NCBI GenBank assembly: GCA_043760405.1
Contig: JAYUPB010000090.1
Span: 208 to 64,207 of the forward strand
Direction: 5' to 3'
From: Sphingomonadales bacterium
GTDB taxonomy: Bacteria > Pseudomonadota > Alphaproteobacteria > Sphingomonadales > Sphingomonadaceae
DNA: 64,000 nucleotides
A model generated the notes under the pieces. The model was given only the letters and a program-made list of their open reading frames with translations. It did not search any database and was not told the origin of the DNA. Positions 19,694-31,942 of the stretch are shown here, one piece after another. A program made the position numbers and the translations under genes. The stretch's first letter is position 1; each line of letters begins with the position of its first letter.

Positions 19694-20487
19694 AACGCAC
19701 CCACCTTCCCCTAAACGGCATGCGCGTATTCGATGCGGCAGCGCGCCATTTGAGCTTTACCCGTGCGGCGGATGAACTGGCGGTCACGCCAGCAGCCGTG
19801 GGTCAACAAATCCGAGCGCTTGAGGATATGTTGGGAGTTGTCTTGTTCCGCCGGACACCAAAAGGGCTTGAACTCACCCCAGAGGCCGAAGGCGGACTTG
19901 ATGCCCTGCGTGCTGGGTTTTTACAATTTGAAGAGGCTGTGCGCGCGATGCAATCTGGCCAATCGTCAAAGTCGCTCACCATCGCCGCGCCGCGTGATTT
20001 TACCGCAAAGTGGCTGGCCCCGCGTTTGGCAAAATTTGGCAAAAGTGATCCCGAACTGCGCTTTACCCTGATTGCAACTGAGGGCGACCTTGATTTCACC
20101 GAAGCCAATCTTGATCTCGCGGTCCGGTTTGGGGAACATCCTGGAGAATATGAAGGTGTCGCCCTGTCTGCTGGGGCAATCGTTACCGTCGCAGCACCCG
20201 ATGGCGGCGGTGAAACGCCTATTTCATGGCCCGGTTGCCCTTCAGAAGATGGTGGCGCGATGCTGCGGGTGGCGGACGGCGGACTGGCCATTGATGCCGC
20301 TGCAAGCGGGTTTGGCCGCGCCTGCGTTCCTTTGCTTTTGGTAGAGGCGGATATTGCCGCTGGCCGTGTGCGTGCGGTTGACAATGCTATGCCATCGCCA
20401 CTTGCTTATTGGCTCATTGCGCCCTTGCCGCAGTGGCGTCAGAAAAAGGTCAAGGCTTTGGTTGAGGCGCTGACCACCGGTTTTTAG
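19690..20487 (+). CDS. LysR-family (GcvA-like) transcriptional regulator, short form
   Basis: N-terminal wHTH (MRVFDAAARHLSFTRAADELAVTPAAVGQQIRALE). At 265 aa it is shorter than typical LysR proteins. Confidence 0.8.
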   Translation: MKRTHLPLNGMRVFDAAARHLSFTRAADELAVTPAAVGQQIRALEDMLGVVLFRRTPKGLELTPEAEGGLDALRAGFLQFEEAVRAMQSGQSSKSLTIAAPRDFTAKWLAPRLAKFGKSDPELRFTLIATEGDLDFTEANLDLAVRFGEHPGEYEGVALSAGAIVTVAAPDGGGETPISWPGCPSEDGGAMLRVADGGLAIDAAASGFGRACVPLLLVEADIAAGRVRAVDNAMPSPLAYWLIAPLPQWRQKKVKALVEALTTGF

Positions 20488-21775
20488 GGAATAAGGTCAA
20501 CCGCTCGACTGATCAGCGCAGTAAACACCGCCTGATCAACCGCCGCCGCGCCGTTGTTCCAAGCCCCCGTCACACTATACCATGCGCCTGTTTTGGTCTG
20601 GATCAGCAGGTTCATTGCAATAACCCCCGTTTCAGATCCGCCCTTATATCCGACATACGCAAAACGAGCCGCCTGTCCCGGCGGAATACCAGGGTTAACG
20701 GCCATGATCGAACGCGCCTCAAGCCCCTTTGCTCGCCGCAGCCAATCAAGCGTTTTTGCCATATCAGCAGGAGAGGCAAACCATTCGATCTGGTCAATAT
20801 AGCGCGGGCTGGTTGCCAGTTCTTCACCCCGAATGGCTTTTGTGGTCAATCGCGCGGCATTGGCCTTCAACAGAGATTGGCGCGCTGCGAATGACCCAGC
20901 CGTCCATTTTTGCCGGACGTCAGCATTGGCTTCCATTTTTAGGGCAAACATTTCCACGGTCGATAGCAAAGGCAGGGTCTGCATCGGCGCGCCGTGCCCA
21001 GTTGCGCCCACCATCGCCCCAACCTTGTCGCGGCCCAGCACGCGCAATAGCGTATCTGTCGCACTATTATCACTAATAGAAATCATCAATGTCGCCAGAC
21101 TGTGCAACGTCAACGGCGCAGCAGTAGGCCATTTTTGGAGGATGCCTGACGGCGTTGAGGGAGAACCAAGAGGGATGACACTGCGCCAAGTCCGTTCCCC
21201 CGCTTGCACAGAACGCGTGGCTTCTGCCAACACCCACAGCTTAAACCCCGACCCAATTGCAAAGCGGTGATCCGTGCTAACCCCAAGCACCGGTTTTGCC
21301 TTTGGATCATCAAGCCGTGTGGCCAAAAGCCCGGCCTTTCCTGGAAGGGCGCGCAAATCATCTGACACTTTATCCGCGCTGTCGCCGCGCGCTTTAACCG
21401 CAGCGATCAACAAACCGATCACCTGTTGCGGCGGCGCTGTGTCAATCGTCATATTGATGGTAACCAGTGCCTTTTCATAGCCAATCACAATCACACCGCT
21501 GTTGGTATCAACCGGTGTGATCGATTCAACCCCTATCACCATGCCGTTTTGGGCCCTCAGTTGCGCGGCGATGGCCTCAATCTGTGTCGCAGGGATATGC
21601 GTGAGAAAAGAAGGCGCAAAGAAACTTTCGGCCTTTGTCTGCGATTGCAGAACAGCGACCAACCCTTCCGCACGGGCACGGAAGGCGGCACTATCAGCTG
21701 TCCCCTGCGCAAAAGCAGGTGCACTAGCGAAAACCAGAATCACCCAAAGAGCGAAATGGCGCGCCAGTGCACACA

Positions 21776-21779
<4 letters not shown>
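20484..21779 (-). CDS. Secreted class-A beta-lactamase-like serine hydrolase with an extra N-terminal domain
   Basis: Signal peptide, SGFK (SxxK), SISDNSATD (SDN) and KGGSETG (KTG-like) motifs in the correct order. About 140 extra N-terminal residues. Confidence 0.7.
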
Positions 21780-24216
<2,437 letters not shown>

Positions 24217-24275
24217 TCAGCCGCGCAAGACCCAATTTGCGTATCGTGTGTTTGTCGCAGTTTTGGCCCTTGATC

Positions 24276-24956
24276 TTAACGAACGCGCGGACCGCCAAAG
24301 GGTAAGGGCGGTGGGGCGCGACGATCACGACGCGGCAATTGCGCCTGATAAGCATGGCTGCAATGACCGACACAATAAGGGAAGCCGGGGTTTACTTTTT
24401 CACCGCAAAAATGAAAGTCGGGTTCACCTGGATGTCCAAGGGGCCATTTGCACACACGTTCACTCAGATCGAGCAAGCTCGTTTTTCCTGCGATTTCAGG
24501 GCTGGGCTTGGCGGGAACCAAGCGCCGCGCGGGTGCAGGTGTCGCTGGAGGGGCCTGATCGCCGGGACCCTGACGAATGAAGCCACCGGGTCCAATCGAC
24601 CGCAATTGCGCGCCGGTTGGGGCGTGGGGATTTGTGGGTTGCGCAACAGGGGCTGGCGGGGCAACCGAGCGGGGCGCAGAATAAACTGGCGCTGCGGATT
24701 GCGGCGCTGATGATGCTGGTGCAGCTGTGGCTTGCCGTGGCTTTGCTGCAGGAACGGGTTTGCGCACGCCTGCACGGGCCGGTTCGCCGTCATTGGCCTT
24801 CACAGGTGAGGGGCGCGATTGCAGGCCCAAACGATGCGCCTTACCAATCACAGCATTGCGGCTGACTCCGCCCAATTCTTCGGCAATCTGGCTGGCAGTT
24901 AAGCCCTTTTCCCACATTCCCCTGAGGTCATTGATGCGTTCATCGGTCCAAGACAT
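24276..24956 (-). CDS. gcrA: Cell-cycle transcriptional regulator GcrA
   Basis: MSWTDERINDLRGMWEKGLTASQIAEELGGVSRNAVIGKAHRLGL, a Pro/Ala-rich linker and a conserved C-terminal CKWPLGHP...FCG region. Confidence 0.9.
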   Translation of the reverse strand: MSWTDERINDLRGMWEKGLTASQIAEELGGVSRNAVIGKAHRLGLQSRPSPVKANDGEPARAGVRKPVPAAKPRQATAAPASSAPQSAAPVYSAPRSVAPPAPVAQPTNPHAPTGAQLRSIGPGGFIRQGPGDQAPPATPAPARRLVPAKPSPEIAGKTSLLDLSERVCKWPLGHPGEPDFHFCGEKVNPGFPYCVGHCSHAYQAQLPRRDRRAPPPLPFGGPRVR

Positions 24957-25026
24957 TCACAAACCCTATTCATTCATTGATCGTTGGCCTTGCGGCCATT
25001 GCGCGCAGTCGATAGGCGATTAAGCC

Positions 25027-25872
25027 ATGAACAGCGAGTCCGAAATTTCCACGCAAAACAACACCCCAATTTTCGCCGCGCCGGGCGTGCCGGTTATCCG
25101 GTCGGTCAACTGGGGGGGCTTACGCGCACTCTATATGAAGGAAGTGCGCCGGTTTTTCAAGGTGCAGCTGCAAACCATCTGGGCCCCTGCGATCACAACC
25201 CTGTTGTATTTGGTAATTTTCACAGTTGCGTTGGGTCGCAGCGGACGGTTGGTGCTGGGGGTTCCCTTTGCTGATTTTCTTGCGCCCGGTCTGATCATCA
25301 TGGGGATGATGCAAAATGCTTTTGCCAATTCCAGCTTCGCCTTGTTGGTTGGCAAAGTGCAAGGCACGATCGTCGATTATCTGATGCCGCCTTTGTCGAG
25401 CGGCGAATTGCTGATCGGGCTTACAGCGGGTGCCGTAACCCGTGCGGCGTTTGTTGGCGTGACCATCTGGGGTGCAATGGTGCTCTGGCCGGGCGTTCAT
25501 GTGACCCCCAAACATTATTGGGCGGTCCTTTGGTTTGGTCTGATGGGATCAACGTTGCTTGCCCTCATCGGCGTTTTGACATCCATTTGGGCCGAAAAGT
25601 TTGACCATGCCGCCGCCGTCGGCAATTTCGTGGTTGCCCCGCTTGCCTTGCTCTCGGGCACATTTTATGCCGTTGATAACCTCGCGCCAACCTTTGCCGC
25701 GATCAGCCATGCCAATCCGTTTTTCTATGCCATATCGGGATTTCGCTATGGCTTTCTTGGCACTGCGGACAGCCCAGTCATGATCGGCGCGTTGGTGTTG
25801 CTGGCGATCAATTTGGTACTGGGCGGACTTTGCTATGTACTGCTGCGCAGCGGTTGGAAGTTAAAGGCCTGA
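25027..25872 (+). CDS. ABC-2 type transporter permease (no adjacent ATPase)
   Basis: 281 aa with about 6 TM segments and the typical ABC-2 N-terminal KEVRRFFKV motif. Confidence 0.8.
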   Translation: MNSESEISTQNNTPIFAAPGVPVIRSVNWGGLRALYMKEVRRFFKVQLQTIWAPAITTLLYLVIFTVALGRSGRLVLGVPFADFLAPGLIIMGMMQNAFANSSFALLVGKVQGTIVDYLMPPLSSGELLIGLTAGAVTRAAFVGVTIWGAMVLWPGVHVTPKHYWAVLWFGLMGSTLLALIGVLTSIWAEKFDHAAAVGNFVVAPLALLSGTFYAVDNLAPTFAAISHANPFFYAISGFRYGFLGTADSPVMIGALVLLAINLVLGGLCYVLLRSGWKLKA

Positions 25873-25875
25873 ATT

Positions 25876-26265
25876 TCACCCGCGTGCAAGTCGGCGTGCC
25901 AAGGCAATCCCAGCCAGATTTTGGGCGCGACCAATTTTACGGATCCGCAATCCTGCCATATCTTCACCATGCCGTTTGAAGGTAGCGCAGTGCGCTTGGA
26001 GCGCCGCACCCCGACATTTCCAAATACCGTTCGCCTGATTGATGACCAGTGCTGCATCGCCAAGTAACACAAAATCCTGCACGCCCAATCGCCTGGCGAT
26101 ATCAACGCCGTGGATAAGCGCAAGCCATTCAGCATCATTGTTGGTCCCCTGCCCTAGGTCATCCAGAAAATAGGAAACACCACGCGCAACAACAGCGACC
26201 TCTAATGTCCCGGGATTGGGCCGGCAGCCGCCATCAAAATAGATTTTCAACCGCGAGGCCTTCAT
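25876..26265 (-). CDS. Stand-alone RNase H-like (RVT_3-type) protein
   Basis: 129 aa. YFDGGCRPNPG (Asp), NNDAEWLAL (Glu) and LLGDAALV (Asp) are in RNase HI order. The C-terminal segment reads QNLAGIALA where NxxADxLA is expected. Confidence 0.7.
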   Translation of the reverse strand: MKASRLKIYFDGGCRPNPGTLEVAVVARGVSYFLDDLGQGTNNDAEWLALIHGVDIARRLGVQDFVLLGDAALVINQANGIWKCRGAALQAHCATFKRHGEDMAGLRIRKIGRAQNLAGIALARRLARG

Positions 26266-26493
26266 GAATGGATGATCACCTCTACTTTAGCACCAACGCT
26301 TTTTTGGCGCTTGGACGTTTTGGACCGGACGGTGGATACCCATCGCGCTTTGTGATGTCGATGATGTTGGTGACTTCTCGAACATGATTTGGCATTGATA
26401 ATGCCATAATAGTGGGTGAAGATGAGTTGATGTTCAGCCTGCCCTTAGGCAAAAAAGAAATACCACATAAAAACAAATGTGAGGGAGAGCGAT

Positions 26494-28386
26494 ATGCGCA
26501 TTTCAATGAGAAGAGCGATGCTCGTCAGCAGTGCGGCTATGGCATTGGCTGCATGCAACAAGACCGGCAGCATGAATGGCAAGACTGACGCTGACATCAA
26601 AGAAACCACCTATTCGGAGCATGTTTATTGGGGTGACACCCATCTGCACACAAGCAATTCAATTGATGCCTTTGGCTTTGGTGTGAAGCTTGGGCCAGAA
26701 GAAGCGCTGCGTTTTGCGCGCGGTGAAGAAGTTACCGCAACATGGGGTTTGAAAGCCAAGCTTGAAAGACCGCTCGATTTCCTGGTGATTGCTGACCATT
26801 CCGGCGGGCTTGGGGCCTTGCAAACGCTCTTTGATGCGCCGCGCCTTTTGATTCAGGATCCAACATTACTGCGCTGGTATAACATGATGCATGAAAGCCC
26901 GGCAGGACGTCTCAAAGTCACCGGCGAATTGATTGATATGGCGGGTTCGAACACCCTGCCCGCTGCGCTGCGCGACCCCGAACGCACTCAGAAAAATACA
27001 ACCAAAATCTGGACCAACCACAGCAGCATCGTTGAGCGTTATAACGAACCAGGTAAATTCAGTGCCTTCATGGGCTTTGAATACACACTGATGCCGAGCG
27101 GCGATAATATGCACCGTGTTGTGATGTTTCGCGACGGCAAGGACAAGACCGATAAGGTGTTGCCCTATGATCCAGGTCAGGGTGACACACCGGTCAGTCA
27201 GCTTTGGGATTATATGGATGCTTACGAAAAAGCGACCGGCGGCAAGGTTTTGGCGATCCCCCATAACAGCAATCTTTCAAACGGACGGATGTTTGAAATG
27301 ACAGGTCCGGGTGGCACACCCATGACTGCGGAATATGCCCGCAGGCGCGCGGCACGTGAACCACTTGTCGAAGTAACGCAGATCAAAGGGGATAGCGAGG
27401 CACATCCATTCCTTTCCCCCAATGATGAATTTGCAGATTATGGAAAGGCGGGTTGGGAACTTGGCAATTTGACCATGCAGCGCGCCGCCACACCGGACAT
27501 GCATGCGGGCAATTATGTGCGGGAGGCGCTGAAACGTGGCCTTGCCATCGAAGCGAAAACCGGGGTTAACCCTTACAAATTTGGCATGATCGGATCGACA
27601 GACAGCCACACCGCGCTGGCAACTGGCGATGAAAATAACTTCTTTGGCAAACATGCGGGCAATGAACCCAATGCAAATCGCGCTGGCCAACCACAGAATT
27701 TAGGAACACGACTGGGTCGTTTTGGTTGGAACTATCTTGCCGGTGGCTATGCCGCTGTCTGGGCGAAAGCCAACACCCGCAGCGCCATATTTGACGCGAT
27801 GATGCGCAAGGAAACCTATGCGACAACGGGTCCGCGGATGACTGTGCGCTTCTTTGGCGGTTGGAATTTCGCAGCGGACACACTGAAGGGAGACTGGGTG
27901 AAAGCGGGTTATGCATCGGGCGTACCAATGGGCGGAGACTTGAGAGAAGCCAAAGGCGCGCCAAAGTTCCTCGTATCAGCAACCAAAGATCCAATCGGGG
28001 CAAACCTTGACCGCGTTCAGATTGTCAAAGGCTGGGTTGATGCGAACGGAAAGCTTCACGAAAAAATCTTCAACGTAGTGTGGAGTAGCCCCGCAACCCG
28101 CACACTTGCAGGGGACCGGCTGACCCCGGTTGGGGATACGGTTGATGTTGCAACCGCCAGCTATAAAAACAGTATTGGTGCGCCGCAGCTTTCGACGGTG
28201 TGGGCAGACCCCGAATTTAATGCCGGGCAAAAGGCATATTATTATGCCCGCGTGCTTGAAATTCCGACCCCGCGCTGGGTGTTGTTCGATATGCTGCGGT
28301 ATAAGGCAAAGCTCCTCCCCGGGACACGGGTGAAGGATCAGGAGCGTGCCTATACCTCGCCAATCTGGTATCATCCCAAAGCATGA
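26494..28386 (+). CDS. DUF3604-family lipoprotein (PHP-like metal-dependent hydrolase fold)
   Basis: Lipobox MALAAC. The His/Asp clusters GDTHLHTSNS, VIADHSGG, IPHNSN and GSTDSHTA resemble PHP-domain metal ligands. A GAGGGAGAG SD precedes the ATG at 26494. Confidence 0.85.
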   Translation: MRISMRRAMLVSSAAMALAACNKTGSMNGKTDADIKETTYSEHVYWGDTHLHTSNSIDAFGFGVKLGPEEALRFARGEEVTATWGLKAKLERPLDFLVIADHSGGLGALQTLFDAPRLLIQDPTLLRWYNMMHESPAGRLKVTGELIDMAGSNTLPAALRDPERTQKNTTKIWTNHSSIVERYNEPGKFSAFMGFEYTLMPSGDNMHRVVMFRDGKDKTDKVLPYDPGQGDTPVSQLWDYMDAYEKATGGKVLAIPHNSNLSNGRMFEMTGPGGTPMTAEYARRRAAREPLVEVTQIKGDSEAHPFLSPNDEFADYGKAGWELGNLTMQRAATPDMHAGNYVREALKRGLAIEAKTGVNPYKFGMIGSTDSHTALATGDENNFFGKHAGNEPNANRAGQPQNLGTRLGRFGWNYLAGGYAAVWAKANTRSAIFDAMMRKETYATTGPRMTVRFFGGWNFAADTLKGDWVKAGYASGVPMGGDLREAKGAPKFLVSATKDPIGANLDRVQIVKGWVDANGKLHEKIFNVVWSSPATRTLAGDRLTPVGDTVDVATASYKNSIGAPQLSTVWADPEFNAGQKAYYYARVLEIPTPRWVLFDMLRYKAKLLPGTRVKDQERAYTSPIWYHPKA

Positions 28387-29186
28387 TCAGTCGTATCGCC
28401 CCACTGCTGCGTGAACCACTGGTCCATTTTCTGAGTGCGGGCGCGTTGGTGTTTGCTGTGTTTGGCGGGGTTGTCGATCCCGCTGACCGTTCTATCACTG
28501 TTACAGAGCCGCAAATCCGCAGCCTTGCAGAACAGTGGGAAGCGACATGGCAGCGCCAACCCACGCCAGATGAAGTTGATGGCCTTATCCGCGATTATAT
28601 CAAAGATGAAGTCTATTACCGTGAGGCTATCCGGCTTGGCCTCGACACTGATGACATCATTATGCGCAGGCGCATGCGGTCAAAAATGGAGTTTCTGGTC
28701 GCCGCACAGTCGGAAAATGAAGCGCCGAATGACGCTACACTTCAGGCATGGTTGGACGGGCACAAAAGCAAATATGCAACCAGCAAAATGGTGAGCTTTG
28801 ATCAGGTTTTTGTTGGCGACGGCGACGCGGATCGCATCAGCGCACAATTAAAAACGGGCATGAACGCCGCGACATTAGGCGCGCCACTCTCAGTGCCACC
28901 TGCGCTGGAGGAAAGCCAAACTCAGGACATTGACCGTCAATTTGGTGAAGGATTTGCCAACCGCATCGCACGGCAACCCATCGGCCAATGGGAAGGGCCC
29001 GTTGTGTCAGGCTTTGGGGCCCATATTGTCCGTGTGCGCAAGGTCAATGCGGGTTCTGTTCCGGCTCTTTCCAAAATTCGGCAATCGGTTGAAAACGATT
29101 GGCGTGAGGCCAACCGCAAATCGCGCGAGGGCAAAGCCTATCAAGCATTACTCGACGGCTATACGATCCGGATTGCCAACCCTTAA
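28383..29186 (+). CDS. Membrane-anchored parvulin/SurA-like peptidyl-prolyl isomerase
   Basis: N-terminal TM helix, a SurA-N-like helical region and a C-terminal GPVVSGFGAHIVRV rotamase motif. The ATGA start overlaps the DUF3604 stop. Confidence 0.75.
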   Translation: MISRIAPLLREPLVHFLSAGALVFAVFGGVVDPADRSITVTEPQIRSLAEQWEATWQRQPTPDEVDGLIRDYIKDEVYYREAIRLGLDTDDIIMRRRMRSKMEFLVAAQSENEAPNDATLQAWLDGHKSKYATSKMVSFDQVFVGDGDADRISAQLKTGMNAATLGAPLSVPPALEESQTQDIDRQFGEGFANRIARQPIGQWEGPVVSGFGAHIVRVRKVNAGSVPALSKIRQSVENDWREANRKSREGKAYQALLDGYTIRIANP

Positions 29187-30166
29187 TGTTGTGGTTGCGC
29201 TGGATTTTGACGTTCACGCTGTTGGCAGGGGTAACGCCAGCAGCAGCTGATGAGCTGCGCCCGGGCTATCTCGAATTCACACAAAAGAGCGCGCGGTTGT
29301 GGCAGGTAAAACTCAAAGCGCCGCTCAAAGGCGGGATGGCGGCAAACGTTGCGCCAGTCCTGCCCGCAGAATGTACGCTGAACACACCGCGCCGGAACCT
29401 GATCGAAGGATCCTTGATTTCTATCTGGGACGCGACCTGTGCGCTTACTCTGGTCGGAAGGGAAATCGGGCTTTCAGGACTGGATATGACCATCAGCGAC
29501 GCGCTCGTGCGGATCACGCCGCTTGGTCGACCGGTGCAGGCGGCTCGCCTCACCGCCGCATCACCGCGCACAATTGTCGCGGCGCGTGCGGGGACAGCGC
29601 AGGTGGCGCGTACCTATTTCGTTTTGGGCATCGAACATATCCTCACCGGCTATGACCACTTGCTTTTTGTTCTGTCACTGGTGTTATTGTTGAACGGGGG
29701 GTGGGTGATCGCGCGCACGGTCACCGCATTCACCGTCGCCCACTCGATCACACTTGTCGCCGTGACCCTTGGCCTTCTTGGTGTCAGTCAAAAACCTGTC
29801 GAGATATGCATTGCGCTGTCGATTGTCTTTCTCGCGGTTGAAATCGTTAAACGCGACCCCGTTCACCCGCGCTTGTCGGAACGCATTCCCTGGGCGATCG
29901 CATTTCTGTTCGGTTTGCTCCACGGCTTTGGTTTTGCAGGGGCACTGTCGGCGATAGGGATGCCCGAAGGCGAAGTGCCTGTTGCACTGCTGACCTTCAA
30001 TCTCGGTGTCGAAGCTGGTCAATTGGCGATTGTGATAACCGCGCTTATCCTGCTTGGCCTTATAGGCCGCCTTGCACCCCGCGCCTTGGCCCTTGTCAAA
30101 CACGGATCAGCTTATGGGATTGGCATCACTGCAAGTTTCTGGTTCATCACGCGCGCCCTTGATTAA
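29186..30166 (+). CDS. HupE/UreJ-family membrane protein with an N-terminal periplasmic extension of about 140 aa
   Basis: GIEHILTGYDHLLFVL motif and 5-6 TM helices in the C-terminal 190 aa, plus a signal peptide and extra N-terminal domain. A TAATG overlap joins it to the PPIase gene. Confidence 0.85.
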   Translation: MLWLRWILTFTLLAGVTPAAADELRPGYLEFTQKSARLWQVKLKAPLKGGMAANVAPVLPAECTLNTPRRNLIEGSLISIWDATCALTLVGREIGLSGLDMTISDALVRITPLGRPVQAARLTAASPRTIVAARAGTAQVARTYFVLGIEHILTGYDHLLFVLSLVLLLNGGWVIARTVTAFTVAHSITLVAVTLGLLGVSQKPVEICIALSIVFLAVEIVKRDPVHPRLSERIPWAIAFLFGLLHGFGFAGALSAIGMPEGEVPVALLTFNLGVEAGQLAIVITALILLGLIGRLAPRALALVKHGSAYGIGITASFWFITRALD

Positions 30167-30198
30167 CCCCATCACCGTCAATCGGGAGGGGTTACGCA

Positions 30199-30222
30199 GC
30201 AGGAACCACGATTGGTTCCTGC
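30199..30222. terminator. Hairpin between convergent genes
   Basis: GCAGGAACCA-cgat-TGGTTCCTGC is a perfect 10-bp stem with a 4-nt loop. There is no clear T-tract. Confidence 0.4.
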
Positions 30223-30266
30223 ATTGATCGCGGCATCCTGCGCACGGCGGTCAATTCCATCATGCT

Positions 30267-31811
30267 TTACGCCGCTGCGTCAATCGCCGCTTCTTCTGCC
30301 CGGCGTATTCTTTTTCCTTCCGCGCTTAAGATAAACGCTGCCCGATTACCAAAGACAAAGCGGTTGACCGCGAGCGCGACTATGACAGAGGTGACCAGCA
30401 CAAAAACCATAACGTCAATATAATGCAGCCAAGGAAGGCCCCAGTGCTGATAGTATGTTTGGCCGCCAAAGGCATCGGTCGGTTTATACAGAACAAAATT
30501 ATGGAAAGCGTAGCTTCCTAGACCCCAGAGCAGCCCCGCAATGGCTGCCCTTGCATCAACATTGCGAAACAGCAATCCAGCAATAAACGCCGACAGGATC
30601 GGCATTGAAAAAAGACCGTTCAATTCTTGCAACAGGTTGATGATGCTTTCAGCGTTTTGGAACACGGGCACCATTAGGATCGATGTGATCGTGAGTGTCA
30701 CCGAAGCAATAGCGGCAATTCTCCAGGGCTTGGCAATCGGTGCAATGAACTTCTCATGAAAATCCATCGAATAGAGCGCAACCGAACTGTTCAATATTGC
30801 GCTGGTATGGGCGATAACCGCAGCTGCCATCATCGCGGCAAAGGCGCCCGACATCCAGCTGGGCAGCACTTGTGCCACGAGCTTTCCGTAAGCAGCATCA
30901 TTGACGTCGCCGAACAATTTGAACGCGACGACCCCTGGTATCACAACAATGGCAGGGATGACCAAAACGCGCACTGCGGCGGCAGCAAAAACACCTTTTT
31001 GCGCTTCTTTCACAGTGGGCGCTGCCATTGCTTTTTGGGTGATATTTTGATTGGTAGACCAATAAAATATCTGAATGAAAATCATGCCAGTGAACAATGT
31101 GTGGAAAGGAATGGGCGAATCTATAGCACCAACCATACTGGTTCTAAATTCAGGAACACCCGTGAAAATATCAAAATTGACCGCGGACAAGGCAAGAAAA
31201 ACAACAAGGAGCGCAATCGCAAGCAAACCGATGCCAGAATAGGTATCCATCACCGCAACAGCACGAAGACCGCCGGTGATTGTATAAGCGGCGGCAATGA
31301 CCGCCATTGGCGCGGCGTAGACCAAGAGCGAATATTCAGTGCCGAAGAGCGACTGCAAAAACAGGCTTCCGCTATACAGCGCGGCAGGCAAATAAATGAA
31401 AATGTTGCCTGCAAGGAACATGGCCGAAATAACAGTCCGGATGCTACCGCCCTTATAGCGGCGCTCTAGAAGCTCGGTGACAGTCGTACATTTGTTACGG
31501 TAATAAATTGGGACAAAGATGAATGCCAGAATCATTAACCCGACAAAGCCGGACAATTCCCACCACGCAAGCAGCAGCATTTGGTTGCCGTTCATGCCAA
31601 CAAGCTGTTCCGTGGAGAGGTTCGTAAGCGTGATGGACCCTGCAACAAACAGCCAGCTGAGCCCGCCACCTGCAAGAAACACTTCTTTCGAGCTGCCGTC
31701 GCGGCCAGCGCCCTTACCGTGCACCTTCAAATAGGTCATAAGCGCAATCAAGCCTGTGAGCCCGAAAAATATCGCTATTTGTAAAGCGGAACCACCATCC
31801 TGAAACATCAA
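30267..31811 (-). CDS. Sodium:solute symporter (SSF) family transporter
   Basis: 514 aa with about 13-14 TM helices and an SSF-type N-terminal pattern (FLAGGGLSWLFVAGSITLTNLSTEQLVGMNG). Confidence 0.9.
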   Translation of the reverse strand: MMFQDGGSALQIAIFFGLTGLIALMTYLKVHGKGAGRDGSSKEVFLAGGGLSWLFVAGSITLTNLSTEQLVGMNGNQMLLLAWWELSGFVGLMILAFIFVPIYYRNKCTTVTELLERRYKGGSIRTVISAMFLAGNIFIYLPAALYSGSLFLQSLFGTEYSLLVYAAPMAVIAAAYTITGGLRAVAVMDTYSGIGLLAIALLVVFLALSAVNFDIFTGVPEFRTSMVGAIDSPIPFHTLFTGMIFIQIFYWSTNQNITQKAMAAPTVKEAQKGVFAAAAVRVLVIPAIVVIPGVVAFKLFGDVNDAAYGKLVAQVLPSWMSGAFAAMMAAAVIAHTSAILNSSVALYSMDFHEKFIAPIAKPWRIAAIASVTLTITSILMVPVFQNAESIINLLQELNGLFSMPILSAFIAGLLFRNVDARAAIAGLLWGLGSYAFHNFVLYKPTDAFGGQTYYQHWGLPWLHYIDVMVFVLVTSVIVALAVNRFVFGNRAAFILSAEGKRIRRAEEAAIDAAA

Positions 31812-31942
31812 ATACTCCCCAATTCATCCCTAATTTTGGTTATTGGCAATTAAGCGCCGGGATTTAACATTAAAAGTTACTTTCCTTTTCGCAAATAACA
31901 AGCAATGAATTCGAACATAGAAAAATAGGACGTGGGGATACT

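Noticed and set aside
19803-20384. 193-aa minus-strand ORF
   Set aside because: It is antisense to the LysR-family gene, whose HTH is clear. The Ser/Ala/Pro-rich translation is a shadow.
26282-26506. 74-aa version of the small minus-strand ORF
   Set aside because: The long form overlaps the DUF3604 start and its SD. Only the shorter 37-41-codon form is even plausible, and I kept it only as a low-interest observation.
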